Assembly (NCBI GenBank): GCA_032718475.1
Contig: JAUCBJ010000109.1
Span: forward strand, 1-64,000
DNA from: Nemertoderma westbladi
Lineage: Eukaryota > Animalia > Xenacoelomorpha
Direction: 5' to 3'
Length of the DNA: 64,000 nt
Shown: positions 11,799-23,835 of the stretch, piece by piece
Numbering within the stretch: the first letter of the stretch is position 1
Layout: every line of letters starts with the position of its first letter
Notes under the pieces: model-generated
Told to the model about the DNA's origin: nothing
Databases searched by the model: none
What the model saw: only the letters and a program-made list of their open reading frames with translations
Program-made: the position numbers and the translations under genes

Positions 11799-13613
11799 TT
11801 ACTACAGTAGTACTCCATCAACAGCTATGTAGATGTGGTGGTTTACCTTACTACAGTAGTACTCCATCAACAGCTATGTAGATGTGGTGACTTACCTTAC
11901 TACAGTAGTACTCCATCAACAGCTATGTAGATGTGGTGACTTACCTTACTACAGTAGTACTCCATCAACAGCTATGTAGATGTGGTGGCTTACCTTACTA
12001 GTAGTAGTACTTCCATCAAGAGCTATGTAAATGTGGTGGTTTACCTTACTACAGTAGTACTCCATCAACAGCTATGTAGATGTGGTGGTTTAACTTACTA
12101 CAGTAGTACTTCCATCAACAGCTATGTAGATGTGGTGGTTTACCTTACTACAGTAGTACTCCATCAACAGCTATGTAGATGTGGTGACTTACCTTACTAC
12201 AATGTGGTGACTTACCTTACTACAGTAGTACTCCATCAACAGCTATGTAGATGTGGTGGTTTACCTTACTACAGTAGTACTCCATCAACAGCTATGTAGA
12301 TGTGGTGGTTTACCTTACTACAGTAGTACTTCCATCAACAGCTATGTAGATGTGGTGGTTTACCTTACTACATACAGTAGTACTCCATCAACAGCTATGT
12401 AGATGTGGTGACTTACCTTACTACAATGTGGTGACTTACCTTACTACAGTAGTACTCCATCAACAGCTATGTAGATGTGGTGGTTTACCTTACTACAGTA
12501 GTACTCCATCAACAGCTATGTAGATGTGGTGGTTTACCTTACTACAGTAGTACTCCATCAACAGCTATGTAGATGTGGTGACTTACCTTACTACAATGTG
12601 GTGGCTTACCTTACTACAGTAGTACTTCCATCAACAGCTATGTAGATGTGGTGGTTTACCTTACTACAGTAGTACTCCATCAACAGCATGTAGATGTGGT
12701 GACTTACCTTACTACAATGTGGTGGCTTACCTTACTACAGTAGTACTCCATCAACAGCTATGTAGATGTGGTGGTTTAACTTACTACAGTAGTACTCCAT
12801 CAACAGCTATGTAGATGTGGTGACTTACCTTACTACAATGTGGTGACTTACCTTACTACAGTAGTACTCCATCAACAGCTATGTAGATGTGGTGGCTTAC
12901 CTTACTACAGTTGTAGTACTCCATCAACAGCTATGTAGATGTGGTGGCTTACCTTACTACAGTTAGTAGTACTTCCATCAACAGCTATGTAGATGTGGTG
13001 GTTTAACTTACTACAGTAGTACTCCATCAACAGCTATGTAGATGCGGTGGCTTACCTTACCACAGTAGTACTCCATCAACAGCTATGTAGATGTGGTGAC
13101 TTACCTTACTACAGTAGTACTCCATCAACAGCTATGTAGATGTGGTGACTTACCTTACTACAGTAGTACTCCATCAACAGCTATGTAAATGTGGTGATTT
13201 ACCTTACTACAGTAGTACTCCATCAACAGCTATGTAGATGTGGTGACTTACCTTACTACAGTAGTACTCCATCAACAGCTATGTAGATGTGGTGGCTTAC
13301 CTTACTACAGTTAGTAGTACTTCCATCAACAGCTATGTAGATGTGGTGGTTTAACTTACTACAGTAGTACTCCATCAACAGCTATGTAGATGCGGTGGCT
13401 TACCTTACCACAGTAGTACTCCATCAACAACTATGTACTTATGTAGATGTGGTGGCTTACCTTACTACAGTAGTACTCCATCAACAGCTATGTAGATGTG
13501 GTGGTTTACCTTACTACAGTAGTACTCCATCAACAGCATGTAGATGTGGTGACTTACCTTACTACAATGTGGTGGCTTACCTTACTACAGTAGTACTCCA
13601 TCAACAGCTATGT

Positions 13614-14857
13614 TGTAAAAGCTTTTGCGTAATTAGCCGGTTATTATCCCCGTAAAGTACTCTGTGGTTGGTTTACCAGGCATAAAAAGGCCGTGTCCTT
13701 GCTGTACTGGTGTTTTGGAGGACATAAAAGCCATTTCTTCTGTATTTGTACTTTAGAGGACATAATCTGTAATTTCGTGACGTAAAAAGCTCGATACTCT
13801 TGAAAACAGTGTCGCTACCATGACGACGGCTAACGGCTGATATTGCCACGTTGCCCCATAGCCCTGCTTTCTGTATCTGCCAATAGGATTTGAGTTGGCT
13901 TTGATTTTGACATATCACAGAGCTACTGAACTGAATTTTCCTATCTCACTGCTCTTTCTCTGTGTTGGACGGGAGCTTCGTGGAATAAGGGTAGCTGGTA
14001 TTCTTATAGTTATTCTTTTCAGTGTTGTTGGTGATTCTAAGCCAGGAAGAACGGCTTTGGAGTATTTTGTGCTTTTCTGCTTTAGCCCTACACTAGTAGG
14101 CTTAATTATAAGGACATATATCCGTTATCTGCATACTGCAGTACTGCATACACTGCATACTGTGTAACACTGTGCATACTTTTATATTGTTATACTGCTA
14201 TTTACTGTCAGTTCTTCATAATATGGTTGATGAATTATTATATTTGGAATAACGACAAATAACCCCGAAAACCCAATATTCTTGATATACCGAAGGTAAG
14301 AGAGAAGGGTTACAGATAAATGATTGCGACCTATGTTGAGTGGTTTGAAGTGAATCTAATGTTATTTGATAGACCCTACATGATTCGGTCCGTGTTCCTT
14401 TTATATGTGACTAAAATCAGTGAAGATCGGCAGATTAGTGTGCAGTATTGTGCAGCATTGTGTATGAGTGAGACTGATAACGAAGCATTTCCTAAAGAAT
14501 GCGCCATATATGTGAATTGTAACTAAGCCATATCGTTGTGAGTAGTTTAAGTCATAACTCTGTTTATATAGATAGAGCGCCACGTCCTAAAGGAACTGTT
14601 AATATTTCCCGAAGGTGAATAATATTGTCAGAGATTATATAATACTGTCAGTCGAATAATACATTAGGCTTACATAGCAATACGATTAAGCTGTCGAAAT
14701 CAATCTCCCGGGTATATCCAACGGGTGAATGATCGCGCACAGATTGGTTTCAACTAGTGTAGTGAATCAAATACTTGTTAGAGGCTAAAGCGATTTATTA
14801 TCTAGAAGACATCCTAATTTGGCGGGTTAAACTGCCAAAGGTCTGAAAGCGCGAACA
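13614..14857 (+). repeat. 5' LTR of copy B
   Basis: Direct repeat of 23844-25087; I noticed only two substitutions by eye. Confidence 0.97.
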
Positions 14858-15231
14858 ATAACGGATATAGCTTCTTTATTGCAGTAAGCAATAAAGTTGA
14901 AAGTACCGGTCAACCGGTAAACCTGAACGGTACATCTGTAGGTCAGTAGGCCCAACTGCCAGAACCGGTACTGCCGTAGGTCCGTAGGTCCAACTGCCAG
15001 AACCGGTACTTCTGTAGGTCCGTAGGCCCGACTGTCCTAACCGGTACTTCCAGTATAGGTACATTAGTATTATTCGATTTTGATAATTATATACCGGTAG
15101 GCCTTAATAATTAATCAGGGACTGCAGCCCTGGTTTTTTATTGAGATTTTTACTTATTTCTGTCAAGTTTTATTTGTTTGTAGGCCAGTATTGAACAGAA
15201 GGCGTGTAAGCCTGATCAGATTGTACAGACA

Positions 15232-15790
15232 ATTTGTAGGCTGAGCTGTTGTCTGATTGCTGTTAAGTCTGAACGGATTGCAGTGTGTGTAGATCACCTG
15301 TCCGATAAAGAACGGTTAGGAAGTAGGGGCAGCGAATGCTGTAAGGTAAACCCCCAATTAAAGAATAAGTCGTACTACTGGGTTAGAACGCATACTACCT
15401 AATTATTTCGGAGTCTGCATGTCCTGTAGTTTATTTAGGCTTGAGAGTAGTCTGCCATCGTTTAGTCTGTACTTTGTTTGTGTAAGTCTGTACGGGTAGC
15501 GTATAATTTTATTTAGATAATTTGTAGGCTGGATAGTTGTCTGGCTGTTATTAGGTCTGAACGGATTGCAGCGTGTGTAGATCACTTGTCCGATAAAGAA
15601 CGGTTAGGAAGTAGGGGCAGCGAATGCTGTAAGGTAAACCCCCAACTAAAGAATAAGTCGTACTACTGGGTTAGAACGCATACTACCTAATTATTTCGGA
15701 GTCTGCATATACCGTAGTTTGTTTAGGCTTGATAGTAGTCTGTCAGTGTTCGGTCTGCATTTTGTTTGAGTAGTTTGTACGCGTAGCGTA
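15232..15790. repeat. Tandem duplication of about 288 bp in the long 5' leader of copy B
   Basis: TCCGATAAAGAACGGTTAGGAAGTAGGGGCAGCG occurs at 15301 and 15589. Confidence 0.85.
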
Positions 15791-17120
15791 ATATTTATTA
15801 TTCAGAGTTTATGCGATTATCCGCAACATTCATTCCCCAAGTTTGTTCCTACAGTAATTGTGTTTGTTATACATACCGCTATAGTTAAATTAACCCCGGT
15901 ACTACACGGGCTGCTTGGCGTAGGTAAAGACTGGTGATTTTGTGCATCGGTCACTCCAGCAGATGCCGTGGTTCTTTTAACTGTTCAAGTATATTTAACT
16001 ACTGATTATATGTTGTACAAGTACTCGTACCTAATTTAGGGTTTAGTGTACAGTACTTTCCGAAGTAATTAGTGTAGACATTATATTTGTGTTGTAAAGT
16101 GGTTGATAGGCACGTTCGATTAGCTCTATTAACTTCTAGGTAGGAACACTCCGTGATACATAACGTAGTACCTGTAGCGATACGGCTATAGGTCGTCAGG
16201 CGGTGGTATTTTCCTATCTGGACAACGCAGTGTATTTACTACTACTTATTATTTCAAATACCGTAGTACCCTGTCCGTTGTAATAACCAGATTTCTAACC
16301 CTTTGTTAGGCTGGTTCGTAGACTTCTTGTAAAATTACCCTAAAAATTAGTATTTTGTTTTTTTTTGTAAATTTTTGTGTTTATTTAGAGATTGTAATCT
16401 CAACCCGTATCGTACGTAATTTGTAGTATTAAGTAACTTAGGTAAATTAGAATTATTTGTTTTAGTGTCCTATAAGTAACACTTCACTGAAAGCGCACCG
16501 CTTTGTGTAGTGATTACTCCCCAGAAATAATAACATTTATTTCAAACATTGACAAAACCCATTAAAACGGGTATATATATATTATAAATCAACTCAAACG
16601 ATTTATAAATAGTAGGCCTGCCATACAACAATTAGGTCTCAATATCAGTTGGACTACTGCTTAAATAACGGTAATAAAGTAAGTTAAAGTAACCAAGTAA
16701 CCCTTAAAATTCAGAAATTCAATTATTCTAAAATAATTGACATACCGGTATTTACAATAGGCTTATTATATTTATTTCTATAAATTTTAGGTTGAAATCA
16801 TACCGGTATTCTGTAATTAATTCTAGTCTGTAATTATACTTATATATACTGTAAGTGTAAACTGCATACCGGTATCCACGATAGGCCTATTATATATTTA
16901 TATATATTTGTGCTAAAATTATATACCGGTTTCTGTGATAAACTAGTCTGTAATAATACTTATATATACTATAAGCATACCGGTATTCTAATATATTAAA
17001 TATATCACGCTACATTGAGTAGCAGTATCGGTAATTAATTACTAGGCTAACAGTGATACTGAATTACTAGACTTGCTTTAACTGTAATATAGCAGTAGGC
17101 ATTCAACTGTACAATCAAAC

Positions 17121-19001
17121 ATGTCTGACTCACGACAAACACTGTCAGATAGTCTCATAGAAAGTGTTAGAATGACTGTTAGACAGTGTCTTAAAAAGAT
17201 CAGTGACCCAGATCCAAGTATAGAACATCCTAGATCCAAGTCGAAGTCACCTCCTGCTGTAAGAAAGGCCATCCCTACTGTAGTAATCTCAGACCCTAGG
17301 CTAGTCCAACATCGTAGGTCTATCATCGGCACTCGGGCCCCAGTCAAGCGGGATCAAGAAGCAGCTGTCAAACAGCAGCAACATCCTAGCCAAGAACCTA
17401 GTTTTCAGCGGCCTGATAGCTCCAGTAGTTCGGATACTGATGAGCGGACGCCCGAACGCGGAGCGAAGATGGTGGATAAGGTTTATGATGAGCGGCCAAC
17501 CTATGAAGAATCAACCGACGCCACTTCTTCTCAAGAAGAAAGCGAAGGGACAGCGGAGGGGCCGCGAAAGAGAGATGCCATTGACATCTATCTGTCAGAC
17601 TATCAGCGTTTTTTGGGAGATGAAGAGTTGAGGAGAAGGCTAGAGGGACTTAGCCCTAATAGCGAAGGAGCCAAACTTGTGTTAGATGCGATTGATGTGG
17701 ATAGGTTAGCGGCGAACCAAGCTAAATTCGATGAACAACTCCGCATCGCTAGAGAAAAGGAAGAACAAGTAAGGAAAAAACGTATAGAAGACAGAAAGAT
17801 AGCAGCAGTGGCAGAGGCAGAAAGAAAAGCGGCAGCGGCAGAGGCAAAAGCGGCAGCGGCAGAGGCAAAAGCGGCAGCAGTGGCGGAAGCAGAACGAAAA
17901 GCGGCAGCGGCAGAGGCAAAAGCGGCAGTGGCAGAGGCAAAAGCGGCAGCAGTGGCGGAAGCAGAACGAAAAGCGGCAGCGGCAGAGGCAAAAGCGGCAG
18001 TGGCAGAGGCAAAAGCGGCAGCAGTGGCGGAAGTAGAACGAAAGGTGGCTGAAGAGATCATCCAACTGGAGTTGGAAAATCTTCAAGAGAAGCAAGACGA
18101 CTTCAGTAAACAGTTAGCAGCTAGTAATATGCAGATGATGAGTCGATCTACTCCCAAAAGACAGGGGTATACATCATCTGAGGAAGGCGATACCACCGAC
18201 ACTGAAGGCGGAGGAAAGCGATCTCGTCTAAGCCGACGTAAAAGAACATTCCACCGTCAGAAATTGCCTGATTTGCCTCCAGCTGTTAGAAGACAACTAA
18301 ATAACACCAACTTAGGTAGTACAGAACCCACAGACCAAATAATTGAAATAGAAAGACTCCCTACTATAGTAGATGAGCCTGAAATAATTAGGCCTGTTCT
18401 TGAAATCACCCCTACGGTGATAGACACACCTGTGCTCCCTGAAGCTACCTATAAATTCCCTCTGCATAGCACTAAGCTACCTGTGCCCCGTAGAACTGCC
18501 CAAGAGACAGTTCAGGTCCTGGACCCCGAGCGAAGTATTCATGATTTGTCGCCCGTTGTCCCTCATCTGCCCGCTACGACGTTGGCGGATCCCGTTTCGG
18601 CGGTTGATTGGGTAGACGAGAGACGGCGGGGGATGGATATTCTCCTCGGAGAGATGAAGGAGAATCGGATACGCTCCTCCCAACAGGTCCGAGAGTTGGA
18701 AGGGACTGTCCAACATTTAAAGGGAACAGTGAGGGAAAGTAAGTTAGAGTTGCAAGAAGTGCAGCAAATTATCGCGTTAGAACGCGATAAATTAGTAAAC
18801 TTACAAAAGGGTATACCACCACCCTCTGTAACAATGTGTCAACCTGTTAGGTCTGAAGTACCACATGCGCAAGGTGTGGAGCCTACACGCATCTATACTG
18901 CTAGCGAAGTAGAAACTCCTATAGTGAACCCTATTAAGGGTAATTATATACCTGTTGATAATGACATTCCCTATAGAACTGATCATAATCCGAGAAATTG
19001 A
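17121..19001 (+). CDS. N-terminal part of the Gag polyprotein (low complexity, coiled coil with AEAK/AEAERK repeats)
   Basis: 626-aa ORF in the same frame as the downstream ORF and separated from it by a single TGA. Confidence 0.75.
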   Translation: MSDSRQTLSDSLIESVRMTVRQCLKKISDPDPSIEHPRSKSKSPPAVRKAIPTVVISDPRLVQHRRSIIGTRAPVKRDQEAAVKQQQHPSQEPSFQRPDSSSSSDTDERTPERGAKMVDKVYDERPTYEESTDATSSQEESEGTAEGPRKRDAIDIYLSDYQRFLGDEELRRRLEGLSPNSEGAKLVLDAIDVDRLAANQAKFDEQLRIAREKEEQVRKKRIEDRKIAAVAEAERKAAAAEAKAAAAEAKAAAVAEAERKAAAAEAKAAVAEAKAAAVAEAERKAAAAEAKAAVAEAKAAAVAEVERKVAEEIIQLELENLQEKQDDFSKQLAASNMQMMSRSTPKRQGYTSSEEGDTTDTEGGGKRSRLSRRKRTFHRQKLPDLPPAVRRQLNNTNLGSTEPTDQIIEIERLPTIVDEPEIIRPVLEITPTVIDTPVLPEATYKFPLHSTKLPVPRRTAQETVQVLDPERSIHDLSPVVPHLPATTLADPVSAVDWVDERRRGMDILLGEMKENRIRSSQQVRELEGTVQHLKGTVRESKLELQEVQQIIALERDKLVNLQKGIPPPSVTMCQPVRSEVPHAQGVEPTRIYTASEVETPIVNPIKGNYIPVDNDIPYRTDHNPRN

Positions 19002-19031
19002 TATACCGATAACTCGATATTAAATAACACG

Positions 19032-21494
19032 ATGGCCCAAGAAAGTTTTACGCGTCAAATGGCTAGAACCGAAGCCCGGCAAGCGGTAAAGGTGGGAGAG
19101 ATCGTCAAGTTCAATGGAGATGAGATGAAATGGTTACCTTTTAATGAATATTATAAAGATAACATACAGAACTCTGTACTATCTAACGGAGAGAAACTTA
19201 GATTCCTCATCGAATGTTTGGAAGGACCTCCCAAGTCAATGGCGTTAAAATTTATTGGACATCCAGATGGATTAAGACAAGTTTGGGATACACTAAACAT
19301 CAGGTATGGTAATAGGACTAACATAGCTAGGTATTTATATGCGAAATTAATGGCGCCCCGAAAGTTTCTTAGCAGCGGGATTATAGAGTTTTCCGATGAG
19401 ATTCAGGAGATCTGTAGACAACTAGATTGGTTAGGTAAGTCTCATGAATACCAGAATTCTATGGTTGTAGGAGCCTTAGCATCTACTTTGCCCAAGGGTG
19501 GAGTAGGTACACGCTGGGACAAGAAGGTGTTATATATGATGGAACAACAACAACGAGACCCTACCATGGCTGATCTCATGTCATTCTTAGATGGAGAAGT
19601 GAAATTACAGCTCCTAAGACAGTCCAGAGAGAAGACACTGGAAAACAAGGTAAGTGAGAAACCCGTCTCCAGAAGAAAGGTAACACCAGTGTGTTATACC
19701 GACGACGGCGAAAGCCAAGCTTCCCAAGGGGAGGATAGCGGGAAAGACACTGAAAGATCTTATTATGTCAATAAAATGCCTAAAGATCAGGTAAGTAAAT
19801 CCAAGTCTCGACCCAATGACAGAAGGGAACCGGTACAAAAAACCCTTCCTACGTCTCCTAAAAGAATTCAGGTGAGAAAGCCCGAGGAAAGAACAAGTGT
19901 GCACCACATAGCACAGGTTAAAGTAAGTAACATCAAGCCGAAATGTGTGCTGTGCGACGGGCCCCACCGTTTAAATGCGTGTGATAAATTCCTGAGGAAA
20001 TCACTCGAGGATAGACGTGAAGTCATGTGGGATAAGCGGTTGTGTTATAATTGCCTCAGACGAGGACACCAACGGCGAACCTGTTACTCCGACGCAAGGT
20101 GTGCAAAGTGCGGCGCAAAACATCATATCTTGTTGCACACGGAATTCGAACGAAACAGCCCGAGTCAGGTAAGTGAGTCCGAACTACATGTCCAATTCAG
20201 TGATGTGAACGACACTGATCAATCTGAGATGGAAGGATTCTATACGGACGAGTTCTCCGACGAAAACGAATCCTGTTACTTAATAAACACCACCGCAGTG
20301 TATCGAGCACTCATGTATGAGAAAGACACAGACAGCGACCTCACCCTAACTACTTCAGATCAACAACCATCTTGGAAAGCGCCAACTTCCAATATAGGAA
20401 TCCGAGAATTTCCTGTAGTCCAGTTACGGGTCCACGGACCTCAGAAGAGCTATATAGTGAACGCCCTCCTGGACTCCGGTAGCACAGGAACATTCATCGA
20501 TAAAGAACTAGCCGAAGTCATCTTTGCTGGACAACCCAAGTTCCGAACCAAGCTAAACATGTCAGGGATCATGCAGGTTTGGAATTCTACTGTAGCTGCC
20601 GACTATTATATAGGTGAGTTGTCCACTCCACAGGATAAACTAGGAGAATACAGTATAAGGTCAGTAAAAATGGTGGCAATAAAGAACTTCGCTACCACCC
20701 AAGTTGAACCTTATAATTGGGACGAAGATGATCATGTCCAACAACTTAACATCCCTAGATTCGACACCGATTATCCTGGAGTACAAATATTAATCGGTCA
20801 AAACGCGCATGAGGCGCTGGAGACATTAGAGAAACGACCTACTCAACCGCAACCACTTCAGACCTATGCGGTAAGAACTAGAGTAGGTTGGTACCTTACT
20901 GGACCTTCCCGTAGAACGCTCAGGGAAAGACTGCTTCAAGATCGCGTCTGCCAGGTGAGTGAATGGGAAGACGATACTAGTGAGGGAGACGACCCAACTG
21001 AGGGAACACCACACTCCTCAGATAATGACAATCTTAACTCCAATGTAGATCAATGGAGATATTGCCCCAAGACGATGAATACAGCCGACATCTCTTCCAG
21101 AGGAGCAACTCCTCAAGAACTGACAGATACTACAGACCGGTTAGGTGAACCCGACTTCCTGAGTAAGGAGGATGAATGGCCTCCCCATCTTACTCCGACT
21201 GAGATTAGACCAGCCAAGGGAGCGGAGAAAGTCAAACCAAAAACCCGGACGGGTGGAGCGGAGTTATTTGAACCCGGGATAGATCTGTCGGTATTACATA
21301 TTGCCAGGGACGACGCCGTGGATCTGGACCTCCCCACCGCGAGTGGATCGTTCATGAAGATCAGAGAGAGCGATTGGAGCTCTGGAACATCAGACGTCTC
21401 GCAGGGACTCTCAGACAAGTTCTGGAATAAATTGGTGCCCATCTCAAATATTAATTATTTAATATTTGCAAATCTAATAAATCAAAATCTGTAA
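19032..21494 (+). CDS. BEL/Pao Gag (DUF1759-like capsid, 3 zinc knuckles), aspartic protease and a remnant of the RNase H C-terminus; RT and integrase absent
   Basis: Motifs KFNGDEMKWLPF...EKLRFL; CVLCDGPHRLNAC, CYNCLRRGHQRRTC, CAKCGAKHHILLH; ALLDSGS; AVRTRVGWYLTGP; QWRYCPKTMNTADISSRG...PDFL..DEWP. Confidence 0.9.
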   Translation: MAQESFTRQMARTEARQAVKVGEIVKFNGDEMKWLPFNEYYKDNIQNSVLSNGEKLRFLIECLEGPPKSMALKFIGHPDGLRQVWDTLNIRYGNRTNIARYLYAKLMAPRKFLSSGIIEFSDEIQEICRQLDWLGKSHEYQNSMVVGALASTLPKGGVGTRWDKKVLYMMEQQQRDPTMADLMSFLDGEVKLQLLRQSREKTLENKVSEKPVSRRKVTPVCYTDDGESQASQGEDSGKDTERSYYVNKMPKDQVSKSKSRPNDRREPVQKTLPTSPKRIQVRKPEERTSVHHIAQVKVSNIKPKCVLCDGPHRLNACDKFLRKSLEDRREVMWDKRLCYNCLRRGHQRRTCYSDARCAKCGAKHHILLHTEFERNSPSQVSESELHVQFSDVNDTDQSEMEGFYTDEFSDENESCYLINTTAVYRALMYEKDTDSDLTLTTSDQQPSWKAPTSNIGIREFPVVQLRVHGPQKSYIVNALLDSGSTGTFIDKELAEVIFAGQPKFRTKLNMSGIMQVWNSTVAADYYIGELSTPQDKLGEYSIRSVKMVAIKNFATTQVEPYNWDEDDHVQQLNIPRFDTDYPGVQILIGQNAHEALETLEKRPTQPQPLQTYAVRTRVGWYLTGPSRRTLRERLLQDRVCQVSEWEDDTSEGDDPTEGTPHSSDNDNLNSNVDQWRYCPKTMNTADISSRGATPQELTDTTDRLGEPDFLSKEDEWPPHLTPTEIRPAKGAEKVKPKTRTGGAELFEPGIDLSVLHIARDDAVDLDLPTASGSFMKIRESDWSSGTSDVSQGLSDKFWNKLVPISNINYLIFANLINQNL

Positions 21495-22429
21495 AATTCA
21501 GATCCTTCAACAATTCTAGTCAATTAAGATATCGTAGCATTTACCGATATTCTTAAAAAGACAATTGTCATAGAATTAAGGATCTTGTGTCCCCAGACAT
21601 GTTCTAGAATCAAAATATGTCAATTTAATTATCAAATAATAAAATTTCAGGGAATAAATTTAAATTCATGCCTTTTAATGAATTTAATAAATTGCCATTT
21701 TTACGCAATTTATAACATTCCCAAAAATTCCATTAATTAATAGATCAAGGGAGCGGAGATTTATCTTATTATGCGTATGAGAGTGCGAAAGTCTCCCAAA
21801 CATAGTCAATAGCCGATAAAATTCATAAAGTCATGTATAAAACAGGACATTGACTATTAAAGAATTACTATTAAATAACATCCCAGATCTGTATGCATTG
21901 GAATTACCCTAATTCTACCGCTAGCTTTACATAATGTCACCATAGCAACAACCACGCTAGAATTAGAATTGAGTTAAAAGAACAATAGAAAGCTTGTCCC
22001 ATTGAATAGCATAGGGAATAAATAGCGCACTGCTAGTATCCAAGGATACATAATAATACAGTGACATTCTGGAAGGCATTGACTAACAGACAAATGGCCC
22101 GAGTGTGTAATTTGTGACAAGTTGTGTGTGTGGTATTTGTGAGTTTATAGGCGAATGTTACTACTAAGGTGTGTTTACAGTAGCGAGTCGCAATTGTGAA
22201 AGTAACCCTAACTCTCCAGTAAGAACCTGAGGTGTATCTAAGCCTTTGGGACGGACAGTCGAGTGACTTGTGCCGGTTGTCGTTGTCGTTGTGCGGCTAC
22301 GTCGTTGGCGAAAGTACAGCGGCGACGACACATCGGTGCTGAGGATCTCGCACTGTCCGGGGGCTGATTGGGGTAGGCAGCGACGCTCGCTAGCCTAAAT
22401 ATAAACTCATTATAATATTAGTAAACTCA

Positions 22430-23765
22430 TATATAGCAGATATGACGGAGTTGATCGAAGATGGTCTTGGTATCGGGGAGCGATATACTCTACTTTCAAA
22501 CGTTGGTTGATAGCTTGATACGCGGTGATACTAGTCCAACTACTACGAAGGATGATGGTCGTTATATTGAACCTACGATTTCCTGGAAGTAACTTACGCG
22601 TGAATTGGACTATGGAAAATTCACCGCTCGCTACACGCATAGTAATGGTATGTATATGGACTTCTTAACCATTGGCCATTCTATCGATTTACACGATACG
22701 GACTATGTCGAACATATCCTACCCAGAGGAGTTGAAACGATAAACCAAAATTCTAATGCGAAAATCCTATTCGAAATCGACTCGAAAGAAAAGACATTAA
22801 AGAAACAAATAAACGCGGTAACTCCAACATATATTTGGAATTCTTGATCATTGTAACAACAAATAAATATCATCCGCGTTTCCCCTACCTGACGTGCGTC
22901 TTTGGTATTATTACGATAAATGCCCTAGACCCAGCCAATAAACGGAAAGACATAAACATCCACGGAAACGTTGTGTTAAACACCGTTGTGCTCGTTATAT
23001 TTACTGGAGTTTCGAGCGAAACTTGTTTGACGTATCACCTATGCTCACTCAGTTCGAACGATCCTGGAGTAAACCTACGATCAGAGTCCCGGAATACTCG
23101 GTCAAACCTCCTCATTCCTTAGTTGGACCTCAGACCTGCGATCCTGGTGGTGTCGCGGATCCTCGCGGACTGTATTCACTGTTCAAAGATCTAGTGCTAC
23201 CCTAACAATTAATCGGTAACACTCCGACAGTGATTTCTAGCTAGCTGCCCATCTTACTTAGCCGGATTGTGACGCGGACACCTAATATCACTATCCAACC
23301 GTATGGTCGTCCCCGTTTAACGCGATACAACCCTTCATCAAGGTGAAGGAGAGCGTTGTACGAAACGAGTTAAACGCTATTCTATAAAGATCAAAAAAGA
23401 CACCTGCGTTTGTTCAGATAAACGTAAGTTATAACAGTAAGTCCAATCGATAAACGAATTGGCCTTATCTCAGTTCGATTGGGAAATCTCGAATCTCTAA
23501 GAAGATATCAAGCTTAGAAAACCCTATTCTCTGCGAGAGTTTTGGACGAACGTATCCCATGATAAGCGGAGGAAAATCAGCTCGAGGAGAAGCATATCGA
23601 AATGGACGAGACACCGACCGTAAACCCAAACCTTCTAATGCAATCATATTGCACCCTTCACCCAGGAGTTATGGCCCTCCTAGTAAAGTGGCTCCCCCCA
23701 AAGAGAAAAAGACTCTGGCTAACTTTAAAAAACTGCGTAAACGCCGTCCGCGCAAGAAAGACTAA
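22430..23765 (+). pseudogene. Degenerate extra ORF of copy B; only the last ~50 codons are homologous to copy A's extra ORF
   Basis: Chain of coding-like fragments broken by stops and frameshifts (22605-22847, 23023-23205, 23559-23765), ending IILHPSPRSYGPP...KKLRKRRPRKKD. Confidence 0.55.
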
Positions 23766-23835
23766 CTGTTTAGAGTATCTTTATATTTTAGAAACTGTGA
23801 TTTGTTATATTTTATAGACTTAAATCCCATTTTCT

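Larger units (their letters stand above)
10580..13613 (-). repeat. Satellite 3, distal block: 49-bp exon-end plus 5' splice-site unit, interrupted by a TIR element
   Basis: Plus-strand unit ATGTAGATGTGGTG(AC/GC/GT)TTACCTTACTACAGTAGTACTCCATCAACAGCT. Degenerate remnants extend to about 10475. Confidence 0.97.

Noticed and set aside
13673-14583. Small ORFs repeated three times in the window
   Set aside because: They lie inside the LTRs and recur only because the LTRs are repeated.
17603-18095. Minus-strand Ala-, Cys- or Leu/Pro-rich ORFs
   Set aside because: They are antisense shadows of the AEAK repeat in the gag ORF.
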